Source: Torpedo marmorata (lineage: Eukaryota). Taken from it: a DNA stretch of 64,000 nucleotides. Position 1 is the stretch's first letter. The number at the start of each line of letters is the position of its first letter. Both the position numbers and the translations under genes were made by a program. The notes below the pieces were generated by a model that was not told the origin of the DNA, did not search any database, and worked only from the letters and a program-made list of their open reading frames with translations. Of this stretch, positions 12,254-26,664 are shown in pieces. Where the stretch lies: contig OZ360245.1 of assembly GCA_977017645.1 (NCBI GenBank), positions 7,130,001-7,194,000 on the forward strand, given 5' to 3'.

Positions 12254-15200
12254 TATTTCCCTTCATTAAAGTAATTGGTTGGAACTGTACTATTATATCT
12301 CCTGGAAGCTGGAAATTTGATGCATGGTGAATTGCTGAGGTCACAGTAAATATTCTTGGGAAACATCTCTATCCTAACTGGTCAATATATCTGAACATGA
12401 TTATGATTATGTTGCTTTCCACAGGCTTGTAAACTTTCCAGATAGTTTTCTGTACAGAAGCTTGTCCATTGCCTCTGGAACATTGTGTGGGTGATTTCTG
12501 GTGCCCTTCTCTCCATCCTATTTTTAGCCTGAATATTAATCGAACAATACCCCCGACCATCACAAGTCCATGTCAGCTCTGAGATCCACTTTTCAAACAT
12601 CCAGCCACACCGCTGCCACTGAGAGGTTCCAGTAACTTTCCCACAGCTGATATTACAGACAACTCTACAGACTCCAACTTACAAATTGGTCTTGTCCTGA
12701 GAGTTGACCAGTTTACACGACATCATAATCCTTCTGCATCATCAGACCAACTTGTATGTTGAATGTGGACTGCAAGGTCTGTTTCCCGAACACTGTAGTT
12801 GTGAACAATGAGAACTTCTCAGTCACACTTACCCAATGGCCATTGTACTAAAGCTCCCATCTGCAGCCATGCTAGTTCTACCACCACTCAAGTTTGAAGT
12901 CAAACTAATTTATGCCATTAATACAAGTCCAATTTATCAGAAGCTTCCTGTCACCAAAGCCTGAATACAACAAAGGCATGTTTTAAACATGCACAACAAA
13001 ATAATGCTTTAAATATCAGTGGTGTCAAGGTAGCTCCATTTATTGCATTTAACAATCACACACTGCACCATCAATTTGCAACTTAGCACAATTTGAGAAA
13101 CGCGCGTTATAATTTTGGTGTCCTCATTAATATGCAACACAGAAAGGAATTTTTTCTTTCACATTACCTTCTGCTGTGCCGTCTTCCATGGTGATTCCAG
13201 GTCATTGATCTCCAAGGTTCCTGCCAAAAGGTGTTGGCTGGAATGTTGGTTAGACATCCGATGAAAGGCTTTCCTTTCATCGGATTAATACCCAGTCCCT
13301 TCACACCACTGCCATTAGTCCTGTTGAGATAACTGCGAGTCATTGCCTGAAGCCTCCCCTCAGTGAAATGGCAACAAGGAGACATCACTTCCTATTATTC
13401 AATCAGTCTGGTTTTGCATTCATTCAACAAGGTCCCTGGACATCTCTGCTTCGGGGTTGTTTCAACTGGAAACATCAGTTCCATTTCCCTTAGCAGATGC
13501 TGCCAGTTTGTTTTTTGTCCCAGATTCCAGCATCTGTCATGTCACCCTTTGCATTTCTCACTATCCCCAACTATAAACAAAAATTAAAACCAAAAACATG
13601 CAAAATAAATCAAGACTTTACCTGTGCTCTGTAGTAATGATCTAAGCACAAGCCAAGAACATACTTCAAATTAGTTCATCCAAGTGGCTTTAAGCAGCAC
13701 TTGGAGCATTCATCCCAATATATGCATCACCGTGGCTTAACTTTACAATCAATGGGGAATGCATGCATACTGCAACTGGTAAATACAAAATGACTTGTCA
13801 CATCCAATGCCTGCCACCACTGCACTTGCCAATCACAGGAATTCCAGACAACAGTATTCATTCAAATTTGCCTTTTAATGGGATTTTACAGCTGTTTATT
13901 CATTGATCCGATTTGATTTCAATAATAAAGCTGAGTAAGTACAAGATGATTAGCAAGGAGAAAAGTAATGTAGCTTCACACCATTTTTACTCAGGCAACA
14001 GTGTATTTCTCTCAATGTAATGAGGCAAGATTCTCCAGCAATAAGAGCACCATGCTAAAATACTGACCTCAGAATCAGAGGGAAAAGTTACCCAAGTCCA
14101 ATGTTCACACATCTTTCAAATGTTAAGGTGAGAAACTTGTGCTGTTTTGCTCTTCTTGGAACAAAGCACTGGGGTAAAGGGGGCTTTGTTACTCCTTGTT
14201 CTACACAGTCGATGGTAACCAACAGGATTGTCCATGCAAGTAGAGATGGATCTAATCAGATGTCTAAAGGATGCTTGAAATTCCAATTGAACATTGTAGA
14301 AAGCTTCATCAAGCCCCATTCAGTAGAGTAGCAGCGAAATCTCACCATGAAGATATTCCAAGTTATACATAATACGCACTGGAGGTTCAGCAGTAGCGAT
14401 TACTGCACCCACTTTTTCTAGTTCAATTCCTTTGATCTAATTGAGTTGCAGCATCCAAATAGACTTCCAGATCTGAGTGACCACATAGTACTTTAATACA
14501 GAATCCAATTCCCTGATGTACGAGATACATTAAACTTGATTCAGAAAGAAGTCCTACCAGCTGAAGGATGTGACTGCATCCAGAATTTTTTCACATTGCC
14601 TGGAATGAAGCTTTACTGCTGTGTTACAATTTTTACTGATTATATGTTGATTAATATTCAGCATAAACATCCACCCGTTGGATAATTTGACAGTCACAAT
14701 ATGATACTTATTTTGATGATTTGAGTCTGAGAAAGTGTGGGGGTGGAGAAATTAAATATTATGCCTTGTTAAATTGACTTAATAAACTGAGAACAGGCTC
14801 TTGCAATGGAGTACATTCAGAAATGGCATAACCAGAAGTGGCAAATTGGCGACAGCATCGAGGAGCAATGCTGTTTCTGAGCTAAATCTTCCTGCTGGAG
14901 AACAAAACCTTCCCAACCCCAACTCAAATCGATCCAATGTCCCAAAGAATGGACGCAACTACAAAAAAATACATGTATGTTACAATTCTGCCATATCATG
15001 CCGACAATTTGGATTATTAAGATCCTATTATTAAAAATTACAAAAATATTTCTCTAAACTTGCTGCTCATGTTTACAAAGCCAAAAATGATAGTGTCCAC
15101 TGTGCCCATTCAACAAGATATTCAGCCAACTTTAACTCTACTTTCTGCTTCTGTAACTTGATTCAGACAGCTTCATAATTATGTGCTTCCTTTATTCCAA

Positions 15201-15519
15201 ATATTAAAAAGGGTCATCTCAGTGAGTGATGAACACTAAGGAGGGTGACCAGTGTGTAAATACACAGGTCAATGATGACACGAGAAATTCCCTGATGTAT
15301 GTATGCACGCACCACTGTGGGTGTGTGTATTCACACTCACCTGCTATGGACGCTGTGAGGCCAGTTGCAATCCATTTAATAAAACGGCAGTAATACAGTG
15401 CAAACTGCTTTTAGTTGAAAGGAGGGAAAACAAATTAAAAAACAAGAGCACAAAAATCAACATTCCCATTGGTTGATGTGGAACAGAAAAATAAGTAATA
15501 CAGTTGATAAATATAAATT

Positions 15520-15730
15520 TTATTTACAGCACGGCAGAAGCCGATGCCGCCCAATTTCACCCAAATTAACCTGCAACCCCTGTACGTTTTGAAGGGTGGG
15601 AGGAAACAGGAGCACCCGGAGGAAACCCACGCAGACACAGGAGAACGTGCAAACTCCTTACAGACAGTGGAGGATTCGAACCCGGGTTACTGGCACTGTA
15701 ACAGCGTTGCATTAACTGCTACGCTAACCA
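15520..15730 (-). mobile_element. V-SINE
   Basis: Same family, reverse orientation. Confidence 0.85.
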
Positions 15731-15776
15731 AAAACTTAGCACTTATCAGAAAGTCAGCCTATTTTGGAGGATGATT

Positions 15777-15992
15777 GACACAGAAATACAGGAGGAACTC
15801 AGGAGGTCTCACAGTGTCCATAGGAGGTAAAGATATATAACTGACATTTCAGGCCTGAATCCTTAGGGCTCATGCCCAAAACGTCAGTTATGTATCTTTA
15901 CCTGCTATGGACGCTGTGAGGCCTGCTGAGTTCCTCCTGCATTTCTGTGTTTTTACTACAATCACAGTGCCTGCAGACTTTCATGTTTCACT
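15777..15992. mobile_element. Fold-back Penelope-derived miniature element
   Basis: Two inverted ~85-bp arms meeting near 15862. Confidence 0.75.
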
Positions 15993-16649
15993 GGAGAACG
16001 ACTGAACTCCCCTTGTGTTTTTCCCTCAAAAATGTCGTGCCCAGCATCAGCAGCTTTCTTTTGTAGCTCTACAAAAAGATTAATGTTTTACCATCAAAGA
16101 ATATATTATGGAGTTTATGCAGCAAAACCTGCAGCAATTTAGAAGCAGAAACAGAAGTGAATGCTACTTAGAAAAGGACATTAATCACACATTCATTTCG
16201 AAGATCAAGGTTAACTCAAACATGTTTTAAGAGCATCTCACTCAGTTGCCCAGTGGTTACGGGCAGGAGAGTCTGATACCGAGGCATCAGAGGGGTTTGA
16301 GTGGGGTGCAGAGTGAGCGAAAGAGATAGAGGGGTGTGGGGTCAGATTGGCAATACTGCACTTGGATTGATTTGAAGTGATTTAGTTCAAAGGAGGGAGT
16401 GCAGAGCAGAGGAAGGGTTATTGCCCTCCATTTGATGTAATTGGGTGATGTGCACCACGGTTAATGAGACCACTTTTCATTTTCTAAGCTCTTGCCGGCT
16501 GAGTGACTGAGTTTGCTAATGACATACAATGCAAACAAGTGGGAAAGGTGATGGGCAGGAATGGACCAATCTTGCATCACTAATATGCGTCATACAATCA
16601 GCAATCTGCATGCATGGTTTTAAAAGCTGTTACTGGCTTTACTTCCAGG

Positions 16650-17090
16650 AACCTTGCCATTTCAATTCCTGCCCCATTCCCATGCTGACGTGTCTGTCTG
16701 TGGTCTCGTGCACTGCTGGACTGGAGCCGCCCGCAGATCAGAGGAATAACATCTCATATTCCGTCTGGGCACTCTCCAACTGGATGGCATTGACATCAAC
16801 TTCTCCAGTTTCAGTTGGCCCTGCCCCCATCTACCCCTCTGTCTCCTTTCCTCCAGCTCTGAATTCACAGAGCCACCCCCTCCCCCTATCAATTCTCACC
16901 TTTCCTCTCCTGTCCTATGTCCAATATCACCTTCTGCCTGTTGTCTGTGCTCCTACCCCTGCCCTTCTCCCCAGCCTTTTAATTCAGGCTCCTGCCTGCT
17001 TTTTACTCGTATCTTGAAAGGCTCAGGCCTGAAACATCGGATATATATCTTTACCTCCCATGGACGCTGTGAGACCTGCTGAGTTCCTCA
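16650..17090 (+). mobile_element. Penelope-like element 3' portion (GIY-YIG C-terminal remnant, pyrimidine-rich UTR, terminal repeat)
   Basis: Frameshifted HFNS..HSH and EE.HLIFRLGTLQ.DGI.I.FSSF, typical of vertebrate PLE ORF ends, followed by the shared terminal segment. Confidence 0.75.
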
Positions 17091-17400
17091 GGGGAATCCT
17101 GTAGTCCATTTATCAACCTTTCACCCAAACAAAGGTTTGAGATAACTTATTCAACGTATGGGGTAATCAAGCACAGACCTACTTTCCAAAAGTTAGAACC
17201 TTTTATGTAACAAAAAATAGATGGAACAATAATTTTATGCTGTAATAGTACTTGCACATTTGCCAAGCTACTAATACAGTATTGGGAAATCCGAACTAAC
17301 CCAGCATCCTGTCAGCTGCTGAAGATGGTGATAAACTTGGCATAAATCGATGCCCATCTCATCCCCAGCAACAATCAGAAAGAGGGCCTGTTTGAAGCTT

Positions 17401-17660
17401 AAATTTTTAAATTTAGACATACAGCACGGTAACAGGCCCTTTCAGCCCATGAGCCCATGCCACCCAATTACACCCAATTAACCTACACCCCCGGTACGTT
17501 TCGAACGGTGGGAGGAAACCGGAGCCCCCGGGGGAAACCGACGCAGACACGGGGAGAACGTACAAACTCCTTGCAGATGGCACGGGATTCGAACCCCGGT
17601 CCCGATCGCTGGCGCTGTAAAGGCGCTGCGCTAACCGCTATGCCAACCGTGCCACCCCAC
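17401..17660 (-). mobile_element. V-SINE, near full length
   Basis: Reverse complement of the 27367 copy. Confidence 0.9.
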
Positions 17661-18559
17661 CGCACTGAAGTAGATACTAAAAATATCACTGGGGATGAAA
17701 TGTAACTGCAGTGTCCCTAGTGTTCACTGCAACATCTAGATCACAAAGTCTTTCCAGCAGTAAAAAAATAAAGTTGCTCATCAAAAAAATATTTCCTGAA
17801 CTTTCTAAATTTCTAAAGAGCCGAACTATTTGTTTAAGTGACATTGAATTGTCATATTGATGCAAGGCTGACATGAAAATCTCCAGACAAGCTCTTACCC
17901 AATGTTGGAGCGAGATTCCCCTTTCTCCAGTCCTGGACACCAACCTTTAGCATTAGAGCAAAGTGAAACAATGATAAAGGAACAGGAAAGAAGCAGTGGA
18001 CTCTTCAATTCAGTTGCAGTGGGCGAGACCTCTCAATGGGGTTATTGAAAGTGCCTCTTCTCCATGAGATCCTGCCCACGACAAACTGGCTCCAATGAAA
18101 GACCAACTTCATTAACAGCTGACAATGAAACACATTCACATATTTCCACCTCTTTACCCGATTCACAAACTCAAATATACATTAATGGCAGTTTCAACAG
18201 CTACATTTACAAACAAAAATAAATTTAATAGTCCAGAAAGACTGTACATTCATGAAAGTTGAAAAGCTTTGATAAACTGAAGTAGTTCCCTCTACTTCCC
18301 CACAAATACATATGAGCTAAAGAATTACAAAGTAATTAATAAATCTACAAAATAAAGCCTTGGAAGAAGAGAGGAAAAAGAAGCACTTTATAAAATGTTT
18401 CTTCTATTATTCAAATCAACCAGCCACTTTGGCTGCAACCAAGATTCAAATAGATCATACAAAAATAAGGATTGATTAAAACTTTCATAAATCTGTTAAA
18501 ATACAATGCCCATTTGGCAAAGATTATTAAACAATTAGCAAAATCCACATTGTTTGAGC

Positions 18560-21500
18560 TTTATTTACATAAAATAGAATGGGAGGGGAAGAACAAAAAT
18601 AATTTGCATAGTTTGATCTCTCACCAAATGCCCCACCAAGGCTTCAACTGTCTATTGAAATTTTTCCCTTCCCCAATAGAGGATCCTCCAAGTCAGAAAT
18701 GCCAACACTGCTGGAGGGGGTTTATGGAGGTGATAGGAAAGAGTGGGTGCAAATTTATTAACTCAAAGACCTCATTCCTCACCACAAGCAGTGAACAGAA
18801 TTCTAAACTTTCCATTTTGAACAGTTGGGATTAAATGTTCCCAAGAGGGTCTTTCAGGAAGTTTACTTTCAAGGAAGTTGCCACAGGAGGGGGACCAAAT
18901 TACTTGATGGAAAACAGTGCACAAAATCGAGCAAAATACATTTGTTGTTAAAAACTGTTGTCCATAATCCTTTAAAATCCAAGCATTACAATAAATTGAG
19001 ATTTGCAACATTTTTCCTTCCTGCATTTTTCCCAATTTACGTTACGTGTGTCAAAAATGTTTTACAGAGAAGATATAGAAAGGAGAACGAATAGTGCTAG
19101 AGGTGCCAAAAGCATAAAGGCTCAAATTCTGTGAAAGGAATTTAATTAACTGCCAGACAAAGCTTTATTTTGCATTTTAGAATATAATTTTAATTAGTTC
19201 CCCAGATGTTAAAGAATTCAAGAATTTTAACTTCAAAATTCAGCGCAATTCTTTGGAAGTGTTAGATTTTTTTTTATTTACTAAGATCACCAACGCTCAT
19301 TCCAAAATGTTTGGTGTGATTACAATCTTGAAAAATAATAGACTTTACATGATTCTGGACTGCATGTATAAGAGACTGATTGCAGAATAAAAAGTAATTC
19401 ATTGCTTAATTGCTATTTTCTGCAGTCAGTCTACAACGTCTATGAAGCAGTACTGAAGTAAACATGACCTTATGCTGCCACAGAGCACCTGCTTGGTTTT
19501 CCTCCACCTTTCAAATTGCCCGGTGGGTAAATGCAGGCTTGCTAACCTGGTATAACATTGTTGTCAGCCATTTCCTCCACTTCATCAACAACCATGTGAA
19601 AGCACAACAGGACAAGTGATAAGGAGGCTGAACCCATGTTCTCTCAACCTTTTAACTTCAGTTCTGTCCTATCCATTATGGGGCTGTTAAAGGCACTTGC
19701 AATCTGGTCTCCACCAAGTGCATGATCCCATCCAATTAACCCCTTATAATTTTTTCTTTCATGTAAATGAGATTGGACATTAAATACAAGGTAAATGACA
19801 TGATGATGCCCACTAAAAGAATACTCCGACAGCGTTATGACCCAATTTCGGTTCTCTCAAAAATCAATTTCAATTTTTTTTTACAATATAACAGGAATAA
19901 AACTTATTTTTTCGATCATTTTGAAGGTTAATTGATTTAAGTACATGAGAGGACATTGATTTTAACCTTGCTCTGAAACAGTGAAATAAAAGTTTTATGC
20001 ATTGAGCAACTTTAAACTAATGGACCACTCCAATTCAAAGACACTGCATTACTCTATCCTAGAAAGTAGCTTGCTCAGAATCCAAAGTGATTTGGAATTT
20101 CTCAGTATCCAATAGCCCCAGGGTGATTCATGAATAATGAAGGTGAATTTGAAGATGCTGCTCTATGTCCCATTTGATACTTTCTAGTTAACTAGAAAAA
20201 AAAACAAGAGTTCAGCACAAATAGATTTCTTTCTTAAAGTACTTGGAAATGGTAGTGGGGGATTTCGTTACTCTTGCAAACTTAAAATATAACCATGAAC
20301 ATGATAGTTCCTTTAACAAAAAAAAAGTCAACAGAACTACTCTTCCTCAAGGATGTTCCCATAAAAATATGGTTAGCCATGGGAATTTTTAAATTGCTTT
20401 TGGTTCAGGCTTGTTAAAATTACTCCATCAAACTCTTGTATGACATTGCAATAAAATGCATACACACTGGCCGACAGTGTTTGCTCTCGGTGTGATGCGA
20501 TGATGGACGTCCACAGCCTCTGGTGCTGGGACAAAGGTTCACGTCACAATCCTGTTCTTAAAAAATTACAGCTGTGTCCCTGCACAGAACTGACGCTACA
20601 ATCCAAAACCGAAGGGAAGAGTGACCATCGTCCTTGTGCATCACCTGCAAGCTAACTTTCCATCAGTTTGCCAGCTAAAGAGTTTCTATACTCCAACTCA
20701 CTGCAAAATTAATTGAGCGACTGCAGAAAATTCTGAGATGGTTCGTCTGTACTTCATCCTCAACATCGCTCAAATAACTTCAGGAAAATTGATTTTTATT
20801 CAACATGAATGGAGAGAGTCAGGTTCAGATTCCTGGGCCTGAATGAATCTCCCGCAGTCAAAGGAACGGGTGATGATTGCATTAGGAACATGGGCCATTT
20901 CAAACAGACAAGGCTTGCTTCAGACTACTGTTCAGGGAAGGCAAAGGGAAATATTAAGCTGATATATCATTTCTGAAACCAATCATAACGTTAGGGTTTG
21001 CCACTAATTGGGTATGTTGCCAGCCATGACAATTTCAGGATAGGTGACCAATTCAACTTTATGGAATCAAGTGGCAAGGCAGTATGTTTGACACCGAAAC
21101 TCCAGCTTTTGGTCATAAATGATCAGAATGAACGCCGGGTGGATGGAAACAAATCAGCACAGGTCCAATGAATAGAGAACTGAAAATGGTGACCCTGGGG
21201 CACAACGAGACCCACAGGTTTCTGCCTGTTCTCCCAAGTAGGAATCCCAACCAAGATTTTACTGAAAAATAGAACAGGCGACGATAGTTTGATATTGTCT
21301 GAAGCATAAAGTTTAAAAACAATGGAAACATTTTCTTGTGTTATAATTCTCATCAAGATAGGGATGCAAGGGGAAAATGGAGCCAGCAATCAACTACCTT
21401 TCACTGAACACATTGAAGCCATTCCTTCTCTTGCACTGTTGGTTTCTTGCTACCATTTCTTGCACTTCAGGCTGATGCGTTCTGCTCAGAGGCCATTTGG

Positions 21501-23303
21501 TTTGCCATGATTTTCTACTTGAATAAAATGTCAAAGGTAATATATTCAAGTCCATGGAGCATCGCTGCAGAAATTAAAATGGGCGGGGAAGGGTGAGGTG
21601 ACAGCCCGTAAAGAATTAGGAAAGGTCCTGTGATAAAAATCCTGAATAGAATTAGCAAAAACAAAATACAAAATCCAAGGACACAGCATACTGACCCAAA
21701 GAACAAGAAATGGCAAAGTATTTAGAAACTACGAAATCGACTTTGTCAATGCCTTATCATCTCTCCAAGATATCTGTGTAACAGCCACTTCTAAACTCTG
21801 ATTTAAGCTCTCGTATGGTTTCGTACTCAAAAAGGCCAAATGCATGCCAGATTGCCTTTGCATGCTTAAAGGCATTTATGGCTTGTATCCTATGGCTCAA
21901 CTAATTTCAATTGTAGAAACAAAAAGGAAAAGCAGCTTATAAAGAAAACAAAGATTCAGCACATGCTACACTTCACACAAATCAAACCTGGAAGCGTAGA
22001 TCACAGCATGGCAGATCCAGAGCAAAGATTTGTCAAGTATTTTATAGTTCAGGAAGAAAATAGGGGCTTTATGCAGTGTCCAGTTCAGCACCATGTTTTC
22101 AGGGCTCATCCTGGAAAATGCTATCTGTCAACTTCAGACTCGAAGATGCTTGAACCCTGGGAAAATTTGCTTTGGATCTAAAGGGTTCCCCTTCATTTCT
22201 CCCTGCCTTCCTTATACCCACCATATCCAGTAGGTTGGAGGAACACCAGCGTTTGGGCCTATAATCTCAGTGTTTCATAATGCAGACACTAACACGCGAA
22301 CATATTTTGAAGGAGATGCAGAAGGGTGAATTTTAATGGGGCACACAAAGATGATTTAAATTGGAATCTCCTGTCACAATGAGCTATAAATCTACATTGG
22401 CTAGAGTTTAAAGTGCTTATAGCACACCATCACCTCTATGGCGACATACTCTCAGCAGGTGGTATGTGTTCATTTCAAAAAAAAAATTCTATTCCAGTAC
22501 TGTGATTACAGAAAACTCTAAGAGTATAATTGCAGTAGGCAAAAAGGCAGATAATGTGGTAAACTTTAAACCTCTTCAAACATTAAGTCTACACAAAGCA
22601 AACGTAGGCTTTTAAGACTTGAATGTACTAAAGAGTTGATGCAATTGTATCAACATGCACGCATTGCAGCGTGGTAATTTTTTTTTTTAATCCATGATCG
22701 CTCTCCATAAACTGCATTTATGTGGGCTCCAATAGACCAGTCTGAGCTTCTGAAATTCAGCTACAATAACAGTAGGACAAGGTGCAATCGTTTCTATCCG
22801 AGGTGCAGATGTACCCAGCATTCTCTGCACCCATCTCCACCCTCTGGACACAAGCGTCACTTTGATTGAGAAGTTCAGGCAAGGCTGTGCACAACGCTGC
22901 CTTTGGTAATACTGTGTTCATCAGGCACCTAAGCAGGAAGATTTCTTCAACACCATGAACAATGATGAGCCACGAGTGTTTTCTGTTCATCTCAAGTGCA
23001 GAACCTCAAGAGGTGAATGACCACGCGGAACATCAATTCCCCCGATAATGTTCCAGGACATGTTTCTCACAGAGACGTTCACCACTCTGCCAATTATTTT
23101 AATCTCCCTTTTTTTTTTCAGTCAGCGATGCACGTTTTCATTGTATAACAGCTCTGAACCGAGACTTCCACGGACATTTTTGTAAATGGCCGAGAAAAAG
23201 ATGGGGAGTATTCCCCAAAAACACTCTCCCGTTTGTACTCAGCCGGCGCTTCCACCCACAGTCTTGGATTGGCATTCTATTTTCCCTTCCTCGCAGTCAG
23301 TTG
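18560..23303 (-). other. RPS6KB1: Probable long RPS6KB1 3' UTR; candidate AATAAA signals at 20795-20800, 19164-19169 and 18560-18565
   Basis: Follows the stop codon, has no recognisable transposons, and TGTAAATAAA lies at the distal end; the true end cannot be fixed without RNA data. Confidence 0.5.
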
Positions 23304-23547
23304 TCATAGGTTCATGCGCAGATGTGCTGGTCTGTTGGGGGGCACGGGGTACGTTTGCTTTTTGAAAGGCACAGAATTCACGCCCATGGGATGGCGGATC
23401 GGCAGCGGAGCCGACGCCTCTCCACTCACTGTTACGTCCATCTGTTCCATCCCAAGGTCCATTGGGTAGTCCGATGACCTACGCCCTCTGGGTGGTTCCA
23501 CAACGGCTGCCCGACCCCAGCAGTCAGCAGAAGAAAACTTGACCGGG
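23304..23547 (-). CDS. RPS6KB1: S6K1 last coding exon 15 (SPVKFS...MEQMDVTVSGEASAPLPIR...HLRMNL*)
   Basis: AG acceptor at 23548-23549; the EQMDVT.SGEASAPLPIR and LRMNL terminus is characteristic of S6K1. Confidence 0.96.
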
Positions 23548-24159
23548 CTGCAAAACAAAGAGACTTCAAGTGGACCCGTCACAGTAAACAATCTGCTTTG
23601 AGCTAATCTAAGAATGTTCAAAACATACATGGTGGGAAACTATCCAGGATCTTCCAACATTCTGTACAAACCTGTATAAAAGAGGACCCACATTTGAGGC
23701 AACTCGCGCACAAGGTGACCTCTCTCCAGCCAAACAAAAAAACCTAAAAAAAATGATTCATGTAAAATAAAGTGTCATCAATAAGAGGGGCAGAATGAGA
23801 CAAACATACCTCACACAGAAATTACGACAATTTAGTATTTACACGCATTACTTTCTTTTGTGGAAAAACACAACATAAAGAAACTTCTCTGCTCTGTCAG
23901 TGGGTCCCGAAGTAGTTCACAGGGCAAGTGCAAGTGCCTTGGATTGGTAGGCTGCACTTCTACCTGTGGTCAGGAGCCTCAAGCTGGTGACTTTGAGGAG
24001 ATCTGACGGTTTTTATTTGGAAACCATTCCATTTTGTTCCCACTTGATGCACTCCACTAATCTTCAATGGCCAGCTACTTTTCACACTGATATTCTGTTC
24101 AAGACAATGTTATTTTTGAATTCAGAGACAGAAACAGACCGCTTGGCCCAACTTTGACC

Positions 24160-25330
24160 CATGCTGACCAAGTTGTCTATCCAAGCTAGTCCCATTTGCC
24201 TGCAGTTGGTCCGTATCCCTTGAAACCTTTCCTTCCTATCCACGTGCCCATCTAAATGGTTTTTGAATATTACAACTGTACCCACCACTACCACCTTGTT
24301 CTGCATTCCCACTAACCTCTCTGTGGAAAAAGGTGCTCCTCTGCTCTCTTTACAATCTTTCCCCTCTCACCTTTAATCTGTTCCCTCTTGTTTTAGATTC
24401 ACTTACCTGGGAAAAAGATGACTATTTACTTTATTTATGCCCCTCTAACGTCTTGTGCTCCAGGGAGAAAAATCCCAGCCTCTCCAATTCAAGCCTACCA
24501 GTTCCAGTAACATTCTGGCGAATCATTTCTGCACCCTTTTCAGCTTTATGATATTTTTCCTATAGCTGGGTAACCAAAACTGCGCACAATACTCAAAGTG
24601 TGGTCTTAAAGTCTTGTACAGTGTAAAATGACATCCCTGTTCCTGTACTAAATGCCCTGACCAATGAAGGCCAGTGTGCCAATCATCATCTTCACCACCC
24701 TGCCTACCTGTGTGGCCACTTTCTCAGAACTATGTACCCCTCTCCAGGGCACTACCATTCATTGCGAAAGTCCTGCCTCAATTTAACCTACCAAAGTGCA
24801 ACACCTCGTTAAATTCCATCCGCCGTTCCTTGGCCTATTTCATCTTGATCTGATTGTAATCTCAGATAAGGGTGACACTGATAGCGCAAAGCTATTACAG
24901 CGCCAGCGACCCGGGTTCAAATCTGGTCCGCTCAGTAAGGAGTTTGTACGTTCTCCCAGTGCCCGCGTGGGTTTTCTCCCATACTCCAAAAATGTACAGG
25001 GCTTGTGGGTTAATTTTTATATTTGGGTGGCATGGGCTCATCGGCCAGAAGGGCCTGTTATCGTGCTGCATCACGAAATAAAAATAAAAAATAATCTTCC
25101 TCCACCATCAGTTCTGATGTCATCCACAAACTCACATTCCTTGCTAACAAGATTGTCTTCTAAGTCATTAACATAGATGACAAACAGTGAACTCAACACC
25201 GATCCCTGTGGCACACCACTGGTCACAGTCCTCCAATCTGAATAACAAGCTTTCACTACCACCCTCTGACTTCTAACATCAAGCCAATGCTGTATTCATT
25301 GGCCAGCTCACCTCAAATCAATGCAATCTG
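24160..25330 (-). mobile_element. Decayed CR1 LINE split by a V-SINE (24880-25090, +)
   Basis: Peptide SDWRTVTSGVPQGSVL..FVIYVNDL..FVDD plus CR1 3' UTR. Confidence 0.8.
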
Positions 25331-26664
25331 CCTTCCGCATGAGCCTTCCATTTAGAACAGTGAAACGGTACTGAATGTGCACTGGACAGTGGAACCCAAC
25401 AGTAGAGCATTAAACATTGAGTTTATAACTTATTCCATCACAGCTAGCCACTGTTCAATGAATATTCACCATCCTGCATACTTTACATAACAATTCTAGA
25501 TTTAAAGACAAGCAGAAATAAAAATCTTATTTTCATAGCAAATGAAAAAGTGAATTAACTGAGAACTACAATATGAACCATTCAAGTTAGTTAGGTTCAA
25601 GCTTTTCACGAAATGTAATGGAACCCTGCCAGATGTGAAACATTAAATCTCTCCACTCAGCAATCAATTATTGTTGAAGCCAGCCTTAAGTGCATAGATC
25701 TTTCAATGACCCTTCATGATGACTTTTAGTTGGTCCGTTCACTTTGTCACAAGGGCCATCAGACAGATATAGGGTTCGTGTCAGAGGCCATTTTTTATTG
25801 TTTCAAGGTGATTTGCTAAAGAAATGAATGAAAATAGAGGGGAAAAAAAGTAGTTTGGATTTTGAACAGATTTCTTGATAGAATAGTGAATACGGACCCA
25901 AATGGAGGAATAAAACTGCAGGGAGAAAGAAAGCAGGGGATCATGACTAACTAGGTTGTTCCTGAAAGGAGCTGGGCACTTTGAATGGGCTGTATGAACC
26001 AATAGCGTTGCACCTTTGCATCACAGACTCATTTAACAAGAGTCTGTAACAGGCAAATCTAACACAGATGATCAACAAAATATTTGGAGATGCTAAGTAA
26101 TCTGTCAGATGTCAAATTATGGGTGTACCTGCACAAGGTCACCACTAAATAACTGCATTTAAAAAAAAAAATCTGCACACTTCACTCTTGCTTCTCAGCA
26201 ATGATGCACAACATCCTCTTTATCCATTGACACATCTGCATACTCGCGAGGTCAGTGGTGTATTAGCGGAAGTGTTGGTAAACACAGTGTGCTCCTCCAG
26301 AGCCTCTCCCGTGCGTCCAGCTTCTGTTTGCCGTGGGATGGGATCTGAGGGTTGTGCAATAGCAACAGTCAGCGAATGGCCAGGGCTAGGCCCAGGGTTG
26401 GGAGCACTTCACAAACACGGGTGGCTACGTTGACACCTCTGCTTTTTTTGTCAGTGGATAATGAGGAAAGCCCAAAGCTAGTCAATCTCTCCCTGAAAGC
26501 TTGCTGTACATCAAGAGCAAACCACTTTTGTACAGACACAGAGGGGCTGACAATGGTTTTGTTAATTAGCAGAGTGCAGCTGGGGCTGAATAGTCTAATC
26601 CATCTTGTATTTGTTATCTTCCCATATCCTTAGATGTATCTAAACATAGAGAGCATCGAATTAC

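Noticed and set aside
12830-13340. Possible extra minus-strand exons (donor-like GTAAGT near 12832, GTAATG near 13167)
   Set aside because: Short frames with no recognisable protein; such splice-like motifs are expected by chance.
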